A stretch of DNA of 64,000 nt from Candidatus Calditenuaceae archaeon (GCA_025058055.1 JANXEU010000007.1:379-64378), one strand, 5' to 3'; counted from the stretch's first letter, positions 20,244 to 29,391 are shown. The notes: generated by a model not told the origin, from the sequence alone. Translations and numbers: made by a program.

Positions 20244-21062
20244 ATGGTAAAAATTGTGGGTGCATTTGCGACTTCTCACACGCCACAGATCCTCGTCCAG
20301 CCTAAGATCTCAGAAGAGTTCACTAGGCAGCTCCAAGAGGTCCACAACGCCCTTATGCAGGTGGGGAGGAGGATAAAGGAAGCGAACGCAGACACGATAA
20401 TAGTGTTCGGGTCGGATCACATGGAGACGTTCTGGTTGAACAACTACCCGCAACTACTTCTGTTCACGGGGAAGGAGGTTGGTGGGAAGTTCGCTGGGTA
20501 CGAGCTGAGGTTGCCAGCTGACCCGGAACTCTCCAAGGAGTTGCTCTACGGGTTAATTGATTTGGGATTCGACGTCTCCTTCGCCCATGAGCTTGAGCTT
20601 GACCACCCCTATATCTCACCGACGTATTGGGTGCTGAAGGGAGCACAGCACGACTCTTACAGACCGAGAATGATACCATTCCACATCAACAGCAACGTCG
20701 ACCCACGAATCAAACCGAGAAGGGCCTTCGAGCTCGGAAAGGCCATCAGACAGGTCTTGGACGGATCGAAGCTTCAGAACAGAGTTGCCCTGTTAGCGAC
20801 GGGGGGGCTGTCCCACTTCGTCGGCACGCCTTTCTACGGGAAGGTGGATGTCGAGGCTGATAACTTCCTCATCGAGAAGATGAAGGCAGGCAAGGGTTAC
20901 GAGCTGGCCGACCTTACGACGGACTGGCTCGATGAGCATGGCGAGTTCGAGTTCAGAACTTGGCTGACGCTGATAGGGGCCGTGAACAGCGCTCCTGCAG
21001 AGATCATCACTTATCAGAGGGCTTGGCACGCAGGATATTGCGTAGCCTCCTTTAAGGTTTAG
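20244..21062 (+). CDS. Class III extradiol ring-cleavage dioxygenase, catalytic subunit (LigB-like)
   Basis: ATSHTP and SDHMETF (Fe-binding His), GGLSHF (catalytic His), GEFEFRTW (Fe-binding Glu). Confidence 0.9.
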   Translation: MVKIVGAFATSHTPQILVQPKISEEFTRQLQEVHNALMQVGRRIKEANADTIIVFGSDHMETFWLNNYPQLLLFTGKEVGGKFAGYELRLPADPELSKELLYGLIDLGFDVSFAHELELDHPYISPTYWVLKGAQHDSYRPRMIPFHINSNVDPRIKPRRAFELGKAIRQVLDGSKLQNRVALLATGGLSHFVGTPFYGKVDVEADNFLIEKMKAGKGYELADLTTDWLDEHGEFEFRTWLTLIGAVNSAPAEIITYQRAWHAGYCVASFKV

Positions 21063-21081
21063 ATAAAGAGGTGAGAAGATA

Positions 21082-21384
21082 ATGGTGATCCTATACGGCT
21101 ATCCTGACCCGAAGTACCTGAATTTGTACAAACTCGGCAGAGCCATACACTTGGACCCGCAAGTAAGAGAGAAGTTCAAACTGGACAGAGAAGCGGTGAT
21201 GAACGAGTTCAAGCTCTCTGAGGAAGAAAAAGAGCTCGTCAGATCAGCCGACCCAGTCAAGTTGTTCAAGGCCGGTGTCTCACCCTATACAATCTTCTTC
21301 ATCTGCTGGGAGGGTTACGGATTCATGCAAAAGCCGATTGAAGAACAGATGATGTACAAAAGAATTAAAGAGACACAGCTCTAG
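21082..21384 (+). CDS. Extradiol dioxygenase small subunit (LigA-like)
   Basis: REKFKLDREAVMNEFKLSEEEKELV..D...L...G pattern of the LigA domain; GAGGTGA RBS; follows the ligB-like gene. Confidence 0.8.
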   Translation: MVILYGYPDPKYLNLYKLGRAIHLDPQVREKFKLDREAVMNEFKLSEEEKELVRSADPVKLFKAGVSPYTIFFICWEGYGFMQKPIEEQMMYKRIKETQL

Positions 21385-21390
21385 AGAATT

Positions 21391-21798
21391 ATGGTTAGAA
21401 GCGTAAAACTGAAGTTCGTGGTGGATTTTTTCGACATCGATGCAAGTGGATGGATAAACGGAGCTGTATACTTCCAATACAACAACAGAATTTTTGAAGA
21501 GTTGCTTAGGAGTAACGGCTACGAATTAAGAGGGCTACTGGAGCGAGGATACGGTTTTCCTCCGGTTCACTACAGAATCGACTACAAGAACGCGGTGATA
21601 TACGGTGACGTTCTTGAAGGTGAACAGGTGGTGACAAGGGTGGGTCGTTCCTCACTTGAGACTGAGTTCAACTTCAGGCGTGCCGATGGTGAATTGATCG
21701 CTCTGGGTACCGTGGTCAGAGTGTTCACAGACATGAGACGCAAGCAATCCGTACCTATTCCTGAAGAGCTGAGGGAGAGACTGTTAAGGGACTTATAG
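21391..21798 (+). CDS. Acyl-CoA thioesterase (4-HBT/YbgC hot-dog family)
   Basis: FDIDASGWINGAVYFQY motif; C-terminal SVPIPEELRERL. Confidence 0.85.
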   Translation: MVRSVKLKFVVDFFDIDASGWINGAVYFQYNNRIFEELLRSNGYELRGLLERGYGFPPVHYRIDYKNAVIYGDVLEGEQVVTRVGRSSLETEFNFRRADGELIALGTVVRVFTDMRRKQSVPIPEELRERLLRDL

Positions 21799-21845
21799 TG
21801 AAAACATCAATGTGATAACTAAGAAAAAGGGGCGTTTTATTTTCA

Positions 21846-23078
21846 CTACTGCGCAGGTCTGTAGGGCTCTACCGGTGAAGACCTGAATACGACTCTTGGT
21901 ACCCACTTCGCTCCAGGGTTGATCGAGCCGGGGTCTCCTCTCTCGAACTTGTAAAGGATTATTCTGGCCTCTTTGAACTCGCCCCACTCGGTATAGCTCA
22001 ACGGCCACGCGAGCAGCGGGTGATCGAATCTACTGGTCCTGATGTAGTCCGCCACCTTGACCGGATCGACAGATTGAGTCCTCTCGATTGCGTTGGCGAT
22101 GAGCAGTACGTTCAGATACCCGGTCGCTGCGTGGATGTCGAAGAACATGTTGTTAGTACGGTAGAAACGCTCAGCGATTTGTCTGTACTCTGGAGCATCG
22201 AAGTTTATGCACGAGAACTCCAGCAGTCCGGAGTTTATCAGACCGTCTTCTCCGAGGGCTGCCAGCCAGTTATCGACCGGAGTGTAGGAACCTACGAAGA
22301 ACCTAGGCCTCAGACCTATCTCCAGAGCCTGCTTGACGATCGTTGGACCGCCCGGCGGGTGACCCAGCGTAAGCACGACGTCTGGGTTGAGTGGCTGTAT
22401 CCTCCTCAGATAAGAGGTGAAGTCGGTCTCCCTCTGTGGTGCCTCTTCCATCTGATAATTGATGCCGCTGATGGTCTTTATCAGGCGATCTGAAGCGTCT
22501 CTAACCGCGAATCCCCACTCATAGGACGCTATGACGTTAGCGACGTTTCTGAGGTTCTGCTGCCTGATGAACTCAGCTACGGGCTGAGCGTTCATCGGGG
22601 CCGCTGGTAGACACGTTCTGAAGACATACCTGTTGGTTAACGTCAACAGCGTGTGAGACCCAGCCATGTGTAGCAAGAGGGTCACGCGAGCCTTGTTGGC
22701 CTCCGGTGTCAAAGCTGCGGCTATTCCGCTTGAGACTGGGCCGGTTACCGCTACGACCTTGTCCACATCGACGAGTCGTTGAAACGCCGCTACCGCCTCC
22801 TTGGCGTCGTTCTTATCGTCGTAAACCACCAGCTCGACGCGCGCGCCTAGAATGCCACCTCTGTCGTTGATCTCTTTTACCGCCATCTGAGCTCCAGCCA
22901 AGTGTTTCTTTCCCCACGTCGCGAAAGGTCCTGTTAGGGGGTTCAGCGCTCCTATCTTGACTGTCTCTACACCGAGTCTGGGTGCCAACAACGTCGGCAA
23001 CACAAACACTATGGCGATCGCAGCTACAATGACAGCTGCTACGCCCACCACTAAAATTCTCCTATTCATGCAACCCAC
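21846..23078 (-). CDS. Liv-type ABC transporter substrate-binding protein
   Basis: N-terminal membrane anchor, VKIGALNPLTG, INDRGGILG, TDFTSYL. Confidence 0.9.
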   Translation of the reverse strand: MGCMNRRILVVGVAAVIVAAIAIVFVLPTLLAPRLGVETVKIGALNPLTGPFATWGKKHLAGAQMAVKEINDRGGILGARVELVVYDDKNDAKEAVAAFQRLVDVDKVVAVTGPVSSGIAAALTPEANKARVTLLLHMAGSHTLLTLTNRYVFRTCLPAAPMNAQPVAEFIRQQNLRNVANVIASYEWGFAVRDASDRLIKTISGINYQMEEAPQRETDFTSYLRRIQPLNPDVVLTLGHPPGGPTIVKQALEIGLRPRFFVGSYTPVDNWLAALGEDGLINSGLLEFSCINFDAPEYRQIAERFYRTNNMFFDIHAATGYLNVLLIANAIERTQSVDPVKVADYIRTSRFDHPLLAWPLSYTEWGEFKEARIILYKFERGDPGSINPGAKWVPRVVFRSSPVEPYRPAQ

Positions 23079-23148
23079 CAGATTGTGTTCTAAAATAAAA
23101 ATGCTTTGCAGGAAAGCGTATATGGTCGATGATCAGACCAGAGATCGT

Positions 23149-23865
23149 TTACTTACTCCGCTGCAACTGGAAGTACCTGTATTGTTGACGGGCCTCCCTG
23201 AGCGTCTTGCCGGACCTCACGGACTCGATGATCATCCTCTCCGCCTCTTCGATCTCCTTCGCGTCCCTGAGGACCTCACTCGCCCTCTCTTTGGGAACGC
23301 GGAGAAGCCCTGTGTCGTCGCCAACGATGATGTCGCCCGGCATGATCAGGACTCCGCCTGCCTGTACAGCCACGTTTATCCCATCTATCTGGAGCCGGTC
23401 CTTTCCGGTCCTAGGAATGGTACCTCTCGCGAAGATAGGATATCTGAATCTTAGTATGTTATCGTAATCTCTGAAGACGCCGTCTATCACGGTCCCCGCG
23501 ATCCCCAATTTCATCGCGGTAAAGGTCAGAATGTCTCCCCAACAGGTGTAGCTGGTCACGCCGCCGTTGTCAATCACGATAACGTCACCGGGTTGAGCGA
23601 GATCGAAAAGGTAGTCTCCGATGTCCTCCTTAGTTCCCTGCTCGGCTGGTGAGAGAGGGACGTACCTGACGGTTATGGCAGGGCCTGCGATCCTGACGCC
23701 TTGTACCATCGGACGTATGCCCTCTATTACTCCGCTGATCCTAGTGCGCTCCAATGAGTCAGATATGTTTGGTGTCGAAAGTTCCTTGAAAGCATCGACG
23801 ACGTCCCTTGAAGGTCTGCTCACCTCCTTAACCACAACGGGGTTATAATCACCCATCTCGTCCAC
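23149..23865 (-). CDS. RraA-family protein (HMG aldolase-like)
   Basis: STPNISDSL, GPAITVRY, WGDILT, IDGVFRD, PGDIIVGDDTG. Confidence 0.87.
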   Translation of the reverse strand: MDEMGDYNPVVVKEVSRPSRDVVDAFKELSTPNISDSLERTRISGVIEGIRPMVQGVRIAGPAITVRYVPLSPAEQGTKEDIGDYLFDLAQPGDVIVIDNGGVTSYTCWGDILTFTAMKLGIAGTVIDGVFRDYDNILRFRYPIFARGTIPRTGKDRLQIDGINVAVQAGGVLIMPGDIIVGDDTGLLRVPKERASEVLRDAKEIEEAERMIIESVRSGKTLREARQQYRYFQLQRSK

Positions 23866-23962
23866 ACTCTCAAAGTCAGATTATTAAAAATGCTTGCTGC
23901 TGTTGTCGCAGAGTTAAAAGTTCTTGTCTGAGGGATAAATAGAACCTTGGCGATCCGAACTC

Positions 23963-24637
23963 ATGGTCTCGAGAAAGGTCGTGGACGAATTCGCGAAAAT
24001 TCCCACCTCAAACGTCTCCGACGCCCTCGACAGGTTCAGGATAAAGGGTGGGCTCGAGGACATTTCACCGATCGTGGACAACGTGAGAATCGCAGGTACG
24101 GCGTTCACGGTGAGGTTCGTTCCAGCCAATCAGGTAGAGTTGAAGCCCTGGGTCACGTACATAGACAAGGCCCAGCCTGGCGACGTGGTAGTGATCGATA
24201 ACGGCGGTAGGAAATATTGCACCGTTTGGGGAGGTCTTCTGTCCGCGAGAGCAAAGGACATGGGACTGAGGGGGACGGTGATCGACGGAGTCTGCAGGGA
24301 CATCGACGTTATCAGGGCGATTCGGTACCCGGTCTTCAGCAGAGGTCGGTTCATGATGACCGGTAAGGACAGGGTGCAGCTCGCGGGCCTCAACGAGCCG
24401 ATAAACATCGCAAACGTCCTCATCAAACCTGGTGACGTGATCGTCGCGGACGACAGCGGCGTCGTGGTGGTACCGCAAGAGAAGGCTGAAGAGGTGCTGG
24501 AGGCGGCGCTGGAGATCTACGAGAAAGAATCGAAGATCCTAGAGGAGGTGAAGCGGGGCGTACCGTTATCGGAGGCTAGGGCGAAATACGGTTACGGGGA
24601 ATTGCAGCGCCCCAAAGGCTTAACGCAATCGAAATAG
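23963..24637 (+). CDS. RraA-family protein (HMG aldolase-like)
   Basis: TSNVSDALD, WGGLLS, IDGVCRD, PGDVIVADDSG. Confidence 0.87.
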   Translation: MVSRKVVDEFAKIPTSNVSDALDRFRIKGGLEDISPIVDNVRIAGTAFTVRFVPANQVELKPWVTYIDKAQPGDVVVIDNGGRKYCTVWGGLLSARAKDMGLRGTVIDGVCRDIDVIRAIRYPVFSRGRFMMTGKDRVQLAGLNEPINIANVLIKPGDVIVADDSGVVVVPQEKAEEVLEAALEIYEKESKILEEVKRGVPLSEARAKYGYGELQRPKGLTQSK

Positions 24638-24664
24638 TGGCCCCTAAATTGGGGGAAGACTACG

Positions 24665-27106
24665 TTGGAGTCCTTACCACCCGAAACGGTTCATAATTTA
24701 TCACGCAAAATAACAACAAGATGGATAGGCAGCCCAGTTAAAAGAAAGGAAGATCTCCGGTTCATAACAGGGAAGGGTCTATTCGTGGACGATTTCAGAT
24801 TCGATAACTGCCTCTATGTCGCATTCGTCAGAGGTAAGGTTGCTCATGCGAAGATAAGACACATAGAGACAGATAAAGCGTCCAGAGTGCGTGGGGTTGT
24901 GAAGGTTCTCACCGGCGAAGAGGTCGCCGATCTCGTCAAACCTTGGCCCCATCTAATTCCAACACCACCTTATTATGGAATCGCTGTTGATAAGATAAGA
25001 TATCAAGGCGAACCTGTGGCTATGGTAATAGCAGAAAGCAAATACGCTGCATGGGACGCGGCAGAGGCGATTGAAGTCTATTGCGAAGGGCTGCGGCCCT
25101 TGGTGACGATCGATGAGGCTTTATCACTCGATGCTCCCCTGATTCACGAGGGGTTCCCACGAAACGTTGCGTGGGAGAAGAAGTTCATTTACGGAGACGT
25201 TGATGGCGACTTCTCAAGGGCCGATAGGGTGGCAAGAGGAAGATACTATTATCACAGGTTCATATCCGCACCTCTGGAACCAACCGCGCTCGCCGCTGTC
25301 TACGATAGACATTCCGGACACCTGACCATCTACGACCAACACCAGCAGGCTCCGATGTATCACGCCAGATACTCCAGGGTGTTAGGCATACCGTCGAACA
25401 GAATTCGCATCAGAGTACCTGACCTAGGAGGAGGATTCGGAAACAAGCAGAGCGTCTACCCATACAGCGCACTAATCGGACTGGCAGCCTTGATAACGGG
25501 AAGACCAGTCAAATTCGTAGCTTCACGATCAGAGGACTTTCAAGCATTGATGCACTCCCCTGATAGATTGGCAAAAGTCGAAGCGGCCTACAAGCTCAAC
25601 GGTGAGGTAATTTCGGTGAGGATGAAGATCTATGACAACTTCGGCGCCTATCTCAGACATCCTGAACCCCATAACGTGACAAGGGCGTTCCCATCGATTG
25701 TCGGTCCTTACAGAATAAAGTCGATCGAGATTGACGCAACAGGGGTGTTCACCAACACCTGCCCGACCGGTCCCAACAGGGGGTACGGACAACAACACGC
25801 TAGCTTCTGCCTTGAGCGCATCATCGACAAGGTGGCTGAGGAGCTCGGATTGGATCCCGTTGAGCTCCGGACGGTCAATTTGATTAGGCGAAACCAGATG
25901 CCCTACGAGACACCCGTTGGATCAGTCTACGACGACGGCGATTACGCAGCAGCGTTGAGTTACGCACTAGAGCTAGCGGAATACGAACAACTCAAGCGAG
26001 AGCGGGAGAAGATGAGAGGAAACGGTGACTTGATGGGGTTGGGCGTTGCCACGATAGTGGAGGGAGGTGCGACCGCCTTCGGGTTCGCTAGGTTGTGGGG
26101 CGGGGATCCGGCCCATGTAGCGGGATATGCCTCCATGGCCGAGTCAGCGTCCGTTAGAGTTCACCCCGACGGGTCAATAACTGTCGCCATGGGAACAGTG
26201 CCACAGGGTCAAGGCCATGAAACCTCTGCTGCACAGATAGTCGCTGATGTTCTGGGCGTCACTCCCGACGACGTGACGGTGATTCCAGGCTTCGATAGCG
26301 ACACGCATCCCTACAGCGCCGCGGGATCAGGCACCTATGCAAGCAGGTTCTCCCAAATAGCAGTAGGCGCGCTGGTCGGAGCCTCACTGCGAATCCGAGA
26401 GAAGGTGTTACACATCGCCGCTCACAAGTTAGAGGCTAACCCTGCAGACTTGGAGATGAGGGACGGCATGATCTACATAAGGGGAAATCAGGAGCGGTTC
26501 ACGACCTTCAGAGAGATAGCTCGAATCGCGCACACCAGATTGGCCGATCTACCTCCGAACACAGAGGCCGGTCTGGATGCGTATTACACCTACCACTTCC
26601 CCTACAGCAAATCGGTCGGTGACGACCTGAGAGGGAACCTCTGTGGGTCATACGCTTTCTTAGCAGGCGTCGCGGCGGTGGTGATCGATAAGGAGACTGG
26701 CGCGGTAGATCTCAGGAGGTTGGTGGTAGTGCACGACTCCGGCAGGGCGTTGAACCCCATGATCCTCGAAGGACAACTGCACGGGGCCGTTGTCAACGGC
26801 ATCGGGGGTGCTCTTCTTGAGGGGTTCGAATATGATCAAGAAGGCAACCTTCTGACTTCAACTTTCGCGGATTATCTGCCTATATCGGCGACCGAGGTAC
26901 CCGAGCTCAGGTTCGGCCACATGGAGACCTCATCTCCTTTCACCCCGTTAGGCGCGAAAGGCAGCGGTGAGGGAGGAACCATATTGGTGCCGGTGCTGAT
27001 TGCCAATGCAATCAACGACGCCCTCAAACCATTAGGAGTCGAGATAACCACGTCGAGACTGACGCCATTCAACGTTTGGCGTTTCATGACCGGAAAAGGC
27101 CTCTGA
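24665..27106 (+). CDS. Xanthine dehydrogenase-family Mo subunit, HmfA-like; paralog of 9569..11992
   Basis: KEDLRFITGKG, LGGGFGNK, YLRHPEP, PNRGYG, GTYASRF, KGSGEG shared with 9569..11992. Confidence 0.85.
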   Translation: MESLPPETVHNLSRKITTRWIGSPVKRKEDLRFITGKGLFVDDFRFDNCLYVAFVRGKVAHAKIRHIETDKASRVRGVVKVLTGEEVADLVKPWPHLIPTPPYYGIAVDKIRYQGEPVAMVIAESKYAAWDAAEAIEVYCEGLRPLVTIDEALSLDAPLIHEGFPRNVAWEKKFIYGDVDGDFSRADRVARGRYYYHRFISAPLEPTALAAVYDRHSGHLTIYDQHQQAPMYHARYSRVLGIPSNRIRIRVPDLGGGFGNKQSVYPYSALIGLAALITGRPVKFVASRSEDFQALMHSPDRLAKVEAAYKLNGEVISVRMKIYDNFGAYLRHPEPHNVTRAFPSIVGPYRIKSIEIDATGVFTNTCPTGPNRGYGQQHASFCLERIIDKVAEELGLDPVELRTVNLIRRNQMPYETPVGSVYDDGDYAAALSYALELAEYEQLKREREKMRGNGDLMGLGVATIVEGGATAFGFARLWGGDPAHVAGYASMAESASVRVHPDGSITVAMGTVPQGQGHETSAAQIVADVLGVTPDDVTVIPGFDSDTHPYSAAGSGTYASRFSQIAVGALVGASLRIREKVLHIAAHKLEANPADLEMRDGMIYIRGNQERFTTFREIARIAHTRLADLPPNTEAGLDAYYTYHFPYSKSVGDDLRGNLCGSYAFLAGVAAVVIDKETGAVDLRRLVVVHDSGRALNPMILEGQLHGAVVNGIGGALLEGFEYDQEGNLLTSTFADYLPISATEVPELRFGHMETSSPFTPLGAKGSGEGGTILVPVLIANAINDALKPLGVEITTSRLTPFNVWRFMTGKGL

Positions 27107-27183
27107 TACCTGCTTGCGTCGCTGCGATAGCTCCTAGAAGCTTGCCTTGACTCTCTCGTTCACAATCAGGAAACATTTAATAT

Positions 27184-28119
27184 TTGAACCCAGAATTCAC
27201 TGGCAACGTGAAATTCACCCACCGCATACAGCCTGAGAGAAAGCTGAGGGAGTATGCTTCTCTCCTCGAAGGCGTAGTTGATCTGCACGTACACACTGCG
27301 CCGGACGTACTGACGAGGGCGGTCGACGATTTAGAGTACATCAATTCTCTATCAGAGGTCGGCTACGTTGCCTATCTAGCAAAGAACCACTTCGTAGAGA
27401 CCGCGAGCAGGTCCTACATTTTATCTAAATTCAACGAAAAGGTAAGAGTGTTAGGAGGAGTAGTTCTCAATGAATCTGTCGGAGGGCTGAACCCCTCGGC
27501 TGTCGATAAGGCGTTGTCGATGGGTGCTGCCGAGGTTTGGATGCCTACTTTGGATGCTGAGAACCACATTAGGACGTTCGGAGCTGCACAGCTTCCCACA
27601 ACTCAACGAGTGAGAACGCTCAGTTCGTACAGGGCTCGATCCGCGTGCATAACAGTACTCAACACCGATGGTGAGCTGAAGCCGGAAGTCCAAGAGATCT
27701 TGGAGATGATAGCTGAGGCGGACGCGATTTTGGGCACGGGCCACCTATCTCTGAGGGAGGTCTACAAGGTCGTCGAGGGTGCTAGGAAGGCGGGGGTCAA
27801 GAAGATCTTGGTAACTCACCCGCACTTCAAGGCAACGCGTTTCTACGCCGACGACCAGATCAAATTGGCTGACATGGGAGCGGTCATGGAGCACTGCGCA
27901 GTGGCCGGATACGATCCGAAAGAACTCGCCGAGGACATCAGGAGAATCGGTGTCTCTAGGTGCATCGTCTCGAGTGACGCAGGTCAACCTCACAAGGGAC
28001 ACCCCGTCGATGTTCTCCTCAAGATGATCGAGGAACTGAAGGGCCAAGGAATATCAGACGCTGACATCGAGAGGCTGGTGGTCAAGAACCCGGCCAAGCT
28101 GGTAGAGAACTTCCTCTAG
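27184..28119 (+). CDS. Metal-dependent TIM-barrel hydrolase (DUF6282-like)
   Basis: DLHVHTAPD, KNH, VWMPT, TGHL, THP, SSDAGQ motifs. Confidence 0.75.
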   Translation: MNPEFTGNVKFTHRIQPERKLREYASLLEGVVDLHVHTAPDVLTRAVDDLEYINSLSEVGYVAYLAKNHFVETASRSYILSKFNEKVRVLGGVVLNESVGGLNPSAVDKALSMGAAEVWMPTLDAENHIRTFGAAQLPTTQRVRTLSSYRARSACITVLNTDGELKPEVQEILEMIAEADAILGTGHLSLREVYKVVEGARKAGVKKILVTHPHFKATRFYADDQIKLADMGAVMEHCAVAGYDPKELAEDIRRIGVSRCIVSSDAGQPHKGHPVDVLLKMIEELKGQGISDADIERLVVKNPAKLVENFL

Positions 28120-28442
28120 GCCATGAGTCACTCTTCACTCCCCGTCGAGCTGCTCGGTACGATCGAAGAACGCAGGGTTGACGGAATGTCCCGCAATAAG
28201 GTATCGCCCCGAGCGGTCGCGTACGCTGCGTCTCAGGACAACATGAGCTCTCAAACCGTTAAGGGACCTCTTGCCTCGCTTCGGGCAAGATCGCTGTGTG
28301 AACACTCCGGATTCAGGTACCTCTCGGGGCGGGTAACGCAAAGCGAACTGTTGGACACCCCGACCTCAAGGACGATGAGGTCAGAACTCTTTAGACCAAG
28401 GTGTCGTGTGGCACAGCCGGAGGGTGGAGGCAGGAGACAGGG

Positions 28443-29336
28443 ATGACGCTGAACAACGTGAAAATCAACGACGTGCACGTTCACGTGAACCCTTTCTCTA
28501 TGCTCCATAAACCGGCCCTCGAGTTCTTTGCCATGAATCAGGACTTTCGGCAGAACTGGAACCGAATAGAGAGGGACCCCTCATACGTGGTAAAAAGAAT
28601 GGACGAGGAGGGCGTTCAGAGAATCGTTCTCATTAACTACGTGGCTAAGGAGGTTATGGGGTACGACCTCTCGGTTAACGAATACGTCTTTCGATATTGT
28701 AGGGGTTACAGAGATAGATTGATCCCCTTCGGGGGAGTAGAAATTGGGTTAGACCATACCGAGTTCGCTCGGAGGATCGAGGAGGATTACTCGAAGTTCG
28801 AACTCGCAGGGTTAAAGCTACACCCTGTACATCAGCTTGTCTATGCGAACCAATACTTGCCGGAATACGGAGAAGCGCGCGTACGCAACTTAGAGACCCT
28901 CTATCAGTTCTGCAGCGACCACTCTGTCCCCCTCACCGTCCACACAGGATCCTCCATGTTCCCCGGTGCGCGGATCAAGTACGGAGACCCTCTCTACCTC
29001 GATGACGTGCTTGTCGACTTCCCAGAGCTCACCCTGATTATGGCGCATGGCGGTCGGCCCATCTGGATGGAGAAGGCGTTCTTTCTCATGCGCAGGCACA
29101 GGAACCTCTACTTAGACATCTCAGGCATTCCTCCGAACCGGCTCCTCGAGTACTTTCCTAGGATCACGGAGATCGCCGATCGGGTGATCTTCGGAAGCGA
29201 TTGGCCCAGCCCAGGCGTCAAGGGTATGAGAGCCAACGCTCTCGAGATACTGAAGCTACCTATCCCTGAGGACGTGAAGGAGAGGATACTGGGGCTGAAC
29301 TTCGAGCACCTCTTCAGGTCGCTTCGCGTAATATGA
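28443..29336 (+). CDS. Amidohydrolase family 2 protein
   Basis: DVHVH, GLKLHP, VHTG, AHGG, FGSDWP. Start moved to ATG 28443. Confidence 0.85.
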   Translation: MTLNNVKINDVHVHVNPFSMLHKPALEFFAMNQDFRQNWNRIERDPSYVVKRMDEEGVQRIVLINYVAKEVMGYDLSVNEYVFRYCRGYRDRLIPFGGVEIGLDHTEFARRIEEDYSKFELAGLKLHPVHQLVYANQYLPEYGEARVRNLETLYQFCSDHSVPLTVHTGSSMFPGARIKYGDPLYLDDVLVDFPELTLIMAHGGRPIWMEKAFFLMRRHRNLYLDISGIPPNRLLEYFPRITEIADRVIFGSDWPSPGVKGMRANALEILKLPIPEDVKERILGLNFEHLFRSLRVI

Positions 29337-29391
29337 CTATCAAAAGGTCTTTGCACCTTATATCTACCCGACAACCAGGTAGATCGGCGAC

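Noticed and set aside
28120-28442. Small genes or ncRNA in the gap (ORFs 28123, 28135, 28251; hairpin TCTTGCC/GGCAAGA)
   Set aside because: No recognisable protein or RNA family features; one short hairpin is insufficient.
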